DNA of 64,000 nt, from positions 434,001 to 498,000 of the forward strand of contig NW_026515680.1 in the NCBI RefSeq assembly GCF_025526975.1, in the 5' to 3' direction. The stretch comes from Fimicolochytrium jonesii. Taxonomy: Eukaryota. The notes beneath the pieces were generated by a model. It made no database searches. It was not told the DNA's origin and worked only from the letters and a program-made list of their open reading frames with translations. Shown piece by piece: positions 57,853 to 64,000 of the stretch (positions are counted from its first letter, which is position 1; each line of letters begins with the position of its first letter). The position numbers and the translations under genes were made by a program.

Positions 57853-60800
57853 TATTGAAACCTTAGCTGATATAGGTGTATCTGAGAGGTCACTAAGACT
57901 GGTTCGCCGATGACTGATGGACGTAGCTGCCCAAAGGGCAGTGTTGTGATGTGGAAGACAGTAGTGTGGCGAGAGTAGTGCGATAGAAAGTAGTGTATTG
58001 AAGAGGATAAAGTGAAGAGAGGGGATGGGCAACAGGTCTGCCTTTTATACGAATCTGGGGCTTCTTTCTTGGGGATTCAGCTATGTGCCGGGGCGTCCAA
58101 AGCACCCTCTGAGACCCTCTCAGAACGCCCAAGGCGTCTCTGAGTGCCGCAGTTAAGGTTGGTAAGGTTTGTAAGGTTTTGCCAAGTCTGTGTAGCCTCA
58201 CAGGTACCTGCTGATGCCCCATGGGTGTCTGCCAAGTCCGCGGAAGGTGCTACAGGCTACGACAAGCTCAATCAAGCCCAATCTAGCTACCACAACCCGA
58301 TCACGACTCCATACGGGCACTACTGACCGCTATGAGCTCTAGGAACATCATGAAAGCGCAGTGCTGACGCCTGGATGTCTGGGAAACGGTCCAGACATCT
58401 TCAGAGCCTCCCAAGACGCGTCCTAAGTCTTGCAGAGCCTTCTAAGTGCCGCATCTTGATGCTATCTCAATACTCCCTCTCACTTGAAGGCTCTGCAGCC
58501 TCTAAGTGCATCGCAGCTCTCAGACGTGTGAAGTCTGGCATGGGGAGGGGCTCGGTGAGCGCATCAGCTATCATCTCCTTTGTTGGGCAGTACTGGAGGG
58601 TAACTGTCTTGTGTGCGACTTTTTCACGAATAAAGTGGTATCGGATGTCGATGTGCTTGGTTCGTGCATGGTGAACTGGGTTTGTGGCGAGTGCCATAGC
58701 TCCTTGGTTGTCTTCCCAGATGACTGTGGGGCCTTGGACGAGTCCTGTCTTGTCTTGGTGCGTGCTCAGTTCTCTGAGTAGAGATCTGAGCCACATGGCT
58801 TCTTTACAGGCGTCTGTAAGTGCCATGTATTCGCCTTCGGTGGAGGAGAGTGCTGTAGTGCGTTGTTTGCGTGATTTCCAGCTTACTGGACCGCCGAAGG
58901 TGAAGAGGTATCCTGTGGTCGATCTTCGAGTGTCTGGGCAGCCTCCCCAGGCTGAGTCTGACCATCTCACGAGTTTGGGGGTTCCTTGGATGGCTCCCAG
59001 TCGGAGTTGGTAGTGTTTGGTCGTCTTGAGATACGCCAGAATGCGTTTGGCAGCTTTCCAATGTCCTTTGCCTGGATTGGCTAAGAACTGGCTCACAGCT
59101 CCAACTGCTTGGGCTATGTCTGGTCTTGTACCGATCATTGCGTAGATCAGACTGCCTACAATGGCTCGATAGGGCTTGTTCTGCATCGCTGCAGTCTCTT
59201 CAGGCGTTTGAGGTGCCATTTCCTTGGTGAGAGGGCTCCCCACGACGCTGGGAGTTGATACAGGCTTGCAATCGGTCATCCCGTATGTTTCAAGGCATTT
59301 TTCGATGTACCCAGTCTGGTTGAGCGTCAGGAGTCGTTTGGCTCGGTCTCGAGTGACTAGGAGACCCAGGAAGTAGTGCAGGCCACCTAGATCCCGCATT
59401 TCGTACGCCTTCTGAAGTTCCTCGGCCTTGAAGCTGTCAAGATCGAGTCTCTTGTTGCTCATAAGTATGAGGTCGTCCACATAGAGAATCAGGATGAGTA
59501 GCCAGCCCTCAAAGAACCTGATATGAATGCAATGGTGGGAATCAAATCTTGTGAAGCCTTTCTCAATGAGAGTGCTGTGGATTTCTATGTTCCATTCCCT
59601 TGGAGCTTGTTTACGACCATAGAGGGTCTTCTTGAGCTTGAGTATGAGATGCTCTTCTCCAGGCTTGATGTAGCCAGGTGGCTGCTTCATATAGAGCTCC
59701 TCACTGAGTGTCGGGTTTCAGGAATGTGGTGGATATGTCCATTTGGTCCTTTCGAGGTCTTGAACTGCTCCCCATGAGAGCAGTAGTCTGGTGGTGTTGA
59801 ACTTGGCCACTGGGGCAAAAGTCCTGTTGTAGTGCACTCCCTCTTCTTGTGAGAACCCTTGGGCAACTAGTCAGGCCTTGTAACGTTTGATAATGCCATC
59901 AGCATTCATCTTGCTCTTGTAGACCCCCTTGCATCCAACAAGGTTGCGGTCTTTGGGCGCTGGGCAGAACTCCCAGGTCCCATTCTTGACAAGTGATTCA
60001 TGTTCAGCGTCAGAATCACTCGGGTTCAATGCTTGCTTGAAGGTTATGGGCTCTGTGTGCAGCACTTTGGTTGCGAGAGCTATTGAAACCTTAGCTGATA
60101 TAGGTGTATCTGAGAGGTCACTAAGACTGGTTCGCCGATGACTGATGGACGTAGCTGCCCAAAGGGCAGTGTTGTGATGTGGAAGACAGTAGTGTGGCGA
60201 GAGTAGTGCGATAGAAAGTAGTGTATTGAAGAGGATAAAGTGAAGAGAGGGGATGGGCAACAGGTCTGCCTTTTATACGAATCTGGGGCTTCTTTCTTGG
60301 GGATTCAGCTATGTGCCGGGGCGTCCAAAGCACCCTCTGAGACCCTCTCAGAACGCCCAAGGCGTCTCTGAGTGCCGCAGTTAAGGTTGGTAAGGTTTGT
60401 AAGGTTTTGCCAAGTCTGTGTAGCCTCACAGGTACCTGCTGATGCCCCATGGGTGTCTGCCAAGTCCGCGGAAGGTGCTACAGGCTACGACAAGCTCAAT
60501 CAAGCCCAATCTAGCTACCACAACCCGATCACGACTCCATACGGGCACTACTGACCGCTATGAGCTCTAGGAACATCATGAAAGCGCAGTGCTGACGCCT
60601 GGATGTCTGGGAAACGGTCCAGACATCTTCAGAGCCTCCCAAGACGCGTCCTAAGTCTTGCAGAGCCTTCTAAGTGCCGCATCTTGATGCTATCTCAATA
60701 CTCCCTCTCACTTGAAGGCTCTGCAGCCTCTAAGTGCATCGCAGCTCTCAGACGTGTGAAGTCTGGCATGGGGAGGGGCTCGGTGAGCGCATCAGCTATC

Positions 60801-61752
60801 ATCTCCTTTGTTGGGCAGTACTGGAGGGTAACTGTCTTGTGTGCGACTTTTTCACGAATAAAGTGGTATCGGATGTCGATGTGCTTGGTTCGTGCATGGT
60901 GAACTGGGTTTGTGGCGAGTGCCATAGCTCCTTGGTTGTCTTCCCAGATGACTGTGGGGCCTTGGACGAGTCCTGTCTTGTCTTGGTGCGTGCTCAGTTC
61001 TCTGAGTAGAGATCTGAGCCACATGGCTTCTTTACAGGCGTCTGTAAGTGCCATGTATTCGCCTTCGGTGGAGGAGAGTGCTGTAGTGCGTTGTTTGCGT
61101 GATTTCCAGCTTACTGGACCGCCGAAGGTGAAGAGGTATCCTGTGGTCGATCTTCGAGTGTCTGGGCAGCCTCCCCAGGCTGAGTCTGACCATCTCACGA
61201 GTTTGGGGGTTCCTTGGATGGCTCCCAGTCGGAGTTGGTAGTGTTTGGTCGTCTTGAGATACGCCAGAATGCGTTTGGCAGCTTTCCAATGTCCTTTGCC
61301 TGGATTGGCTAAGAACTGGCTCACAGCTCCAACTGCTTGGGCTATGTCTGGTCTTGTACCGATCATTGCGTAGATCAGACTGCCTACAATGGCTCGATAG
61401 GGCTTGTTCTGCATCGCTGCAGTCTCTTCAGGCGTTTGAGGTGCCATTTCCTTGGTGAGAGGGCTCCCCACGACGCTGGGAGTTGATACAGGCTTGCAAT
61501 CGGTCATCCCGTATGTTTCAAGGCATTTTTCGATGTACCCAGTCTGGTTGAGCGTCAGGAGTCGTTTGGCTCGGTCTCGAGTGACTAGGAGACCCAGGAA
61601 GTAGTGCAGGCCACCTAGATCCCGCATTTCGTACGCCTTCTGAAGTTCCTCGGCCTTGAAGCTGTCAAGATCGAGTCTCTTGTTGCTCATAAGTATGAGG
61701 TCGTCCACATAGAGAATCAGGATGAGTAGCCAGCCCTCAAAGAACCTGATAT
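57290..61752. repeat. Tandem duplication with period 2,228 bp (57290-59524 = 59518-61752)
   Basis: Identical ORFs offset by 2228 (57643/59871, 58467/60695). LTR copies at 57853-58472 and 60081-60700. Confidence 0.92.
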
Positions 61753-64000
61753 AGACGCAATGGTCTGAATCAAGACGAGTGAAGCCTTTCTCAACGAGAG
61801 TGCCGTGGATTTCGATGTTCCATTCCCTGGCGGCTTGTTTAAGACCATAGGGAGTCTTCTTGAGTTTAAGCACGAGATGCTCTTCTCCTGGCTTGATGTA
61901 GCCCGGTGGCTGCTTCATATAGATCTCCTCACTGAGTGTCGGGTTCAGGAATGCGGTGGACACGTCCATTTGGTCCATTTCGAGGTCCTGAGCTGCTCCC
62001 CACGACAGGAGTAGCCGAATGGTGTCGAACTTGGCCACTGGTGCGAATGTTCGTTGTAGTCAACTCCCTCTTCTTGTGAGAACCCTTGGGCGACTAGCCT
62101 GGCCTTGTAGCGTTCGATACTGCCATCAGCATTCGTCTTGATCTTATAAATCCACTTGCATCCGACAAGGTTGCGATCTTTGGGTGCTGGACAGAGCTCC
62201 CAGGTGCCGTTCTTGACAACGGACGCGTATTCAGCATCCATGGCTTCCTTCCACTTGTCTGAGTCGTTGGAGTTTAGAGCTTGCTTGAGGGCTTTGGGCT
62301 CGGTGTGCAGTACTTCGGTAGCCAGGGCATAGGCAAGGTTGCTTTGACGTATTCGAGTGCTCTGGGAGCGTGTGATGCGTCCGTAGTGCACCAAGTCGTC
62401 ATCTTCCTGGTCTTGCTGGTCGTCTAGGTCCTCTGGGGCCTCTGCCCATTGATCAGTGTCAGGTTGTGGGTTGGGAGACGCGTCAGGAAGCTCCGAATCC
62501 CCCTCGGCAGCGTGAGGGCGTGATTTGGTGTTGTCTGTGGGCTTGGGTGCGCGTGAAAGGGGGTCAAATTCAAAGCTCGCTAAGCTGTGGTAGGAGCAAG
62601 CTGACATGTCTGCATGCGTATCATCATCTTCCAGGCTGTTGGAGAACTTATTCTCATTGAACTGAACATCTCCGGATTCGATAATGGCACCTTGGTCATT
62701 AGGTTCGAGTGACTGGCTTTGTTATGATCTCGACGACTGAGGCGGAAGCGAAGTAGAGAAGACAAGGCGAGAGCGATGGGCGACAGGAGATTGTATTGGC
62801 GAAACAAGAGACAAGGACCAGAACAAGAGATGAGAAGAACTGGTGTTGATCTGCTGGGGAGGAAGGCAATGGACGAAGAGAGGCCGGCTATTTATAGATA
62901 GACAACCCAGCAGATCAAAGAACAACAACAACAACAAGAGAGGACTGGGGGGGGCGCCAGCTATGCTCCTAGAGTGGCCGTGGCGAGCGTAGAGGGCATT
63001 GCTACAGCTGCTGGTTATGGAGAAGTAGTGGGAGGTGTGGAGAAGCCGTGGGGGGATTGGCAAAATGAAAGGAGAGAGGAGGAGTGGCGAGTATTGCGGG
63101 AGGATTGGCGAAATGAGAGGAGAGAGGAGGAGTGGCGATATTGCGGGAGGATTGGCGAAATGAGAGGAGAGAGGGGGAGTGGCATTGACATTGACATTGA
63201 CACTGACATTGACACAGACATTGACACTGACATTGACATTGGCGTTTGACATTGGCGGCTCTCAGTGTGCTGTCATGAGGTAAGCTTATGGTATGGGCGC
63301 GTCGTCCATAACAGGCTATGCTGGAGGAGCTGTAGCCAAACCTTTCCTCGTCTTTTCTTGAGAACCACTGCATAGGCTATGTATCCAAGCACTCTGAGGT
63401 GAAGACGGGTGGGCTTGCGACCAAAGAATGCTTCATATGGTATCTTGAAGTTGTCTTTCGAATATGCCCGGGTGCAAGGAGGGCGTCTGCCCAATATTTA
63501 TGTCCAAGACCAGCCTGGGTGAGTAGGCACCGTGCAACCTCAGTCAGAGTGCGGTTCATGCCTTCCGCTACACCATTCAGCTGTGGAATGTTGGTAGCAG
63601 CGCGCTGGTGTTGTATTCCAGCCCTTCTGAGGGCGATGGTGAACTGGGTGGATTTGTATTTGCGTCCTTTGTCAGATCTGAGGACTTTGATTGGCATCCC
63701 AGTCTGCTTCTGTATAAGAGCCTTGTACTGTTCCCATGCGTCAAAGGTTCTTCACTTGTTATCAATGAGTAATGCAAAATAGGTGCAGCCGCCAAAGGTA
63801 AACATCCTTATGGGCCCACAGAAGTCAGTGTAGATGAATGCCAATACTTCTGTGGCTCAGGTAGCTTGTTTCTTTGGAAAGGGAGCTCTGGACTCCTTGG
63901 AACGCGTGCAGACTTTGCAGATGTGACCATCAAGGTGTCCGGTGACTCTGATGTCATGTTGGTAGCAGTTGGTGAGCTTCTGAACATCTTGGGCATTCAC
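60081..64000 (-). mobile_element. Copia element B: integrase, RT, RNase H, PPT and 620-bp 3' LTR (60081-60700); extends beyond the window
   Basis: The 447-aa RT/RH ORF (60695-62038) has LYVDD, SDSAWGG and RTKHIDIRYHFIRE. Frameshift near 62045. Integrase motifs at 63377-63697. Confidence 0.92.
62720..63313 (-). repeat. Solo LTR (594 bp) of the Tf1-like Gypsy inserted in Copia B
   Basis: TGTTATG..CATAACA on the minus strand. Flanks GGCTT (62715-62719) and GGCTA (63314-63318) form a 4/5 TSD. It is the reverse complement of 52797-53388. Confidence 0.88.

Overview
Eukaryotic, intron-containing DNA, most likely from a flagellated early-diverging fungus (chytrid-like). This is inferred from short GT..AG introns, CEP120, Zwilch and a giant ASH/Ig-repeat protein. 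The window has two halves. The first (1 to ~33.3 kb) is gene-dense: RasGEF (partial), a small 3-exon membrane protein, Mpv17/PMP22, a PhyH-like 2OG-Fe(II) oxygenase, CEP120, Zwilch, a Q/P-rich protein with a C-terminal HSP20-like domain, a PAQR receptor, and a ~16.6-kb multi-exon ASH-domain gene. The second (~33.7 to 64 kb) is a nested LTR-retrotransposon cluster. The standout is a 9,993-bp Ty3/Gypsy element (36548-46540, 4-bp TSD, tRNA-Pro PBS). Its pol frame starts with a DIRS/Dam-type N6-adenine methyltransferase domain, reached by a predicted -1 frameshift pseudoknot, and ends in a chromodomain. An extra ORF3 carrying an ING-like PHD finger follows, so one LTR element combines a DNA-mark writer with two histone-mark readers. 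It is inserted in the integrase of a second Gypsy element (35423-51230, TSD CGCAG), which also hosts a 162-bp TG..CA solo LTR built around a tRNA-Glu-like Pol III cassette. Further right are Copia elements with TA..TA LTR ends, a Tf1-like self-priming LTR present both as a 5' LTR and as a solo LTR in an inverted duplication, and a 2,228-bp tandem duplication with a chimeric RT. All TE copies are degenerate. Domain calls are from motif recognition by eye, with no database searches.
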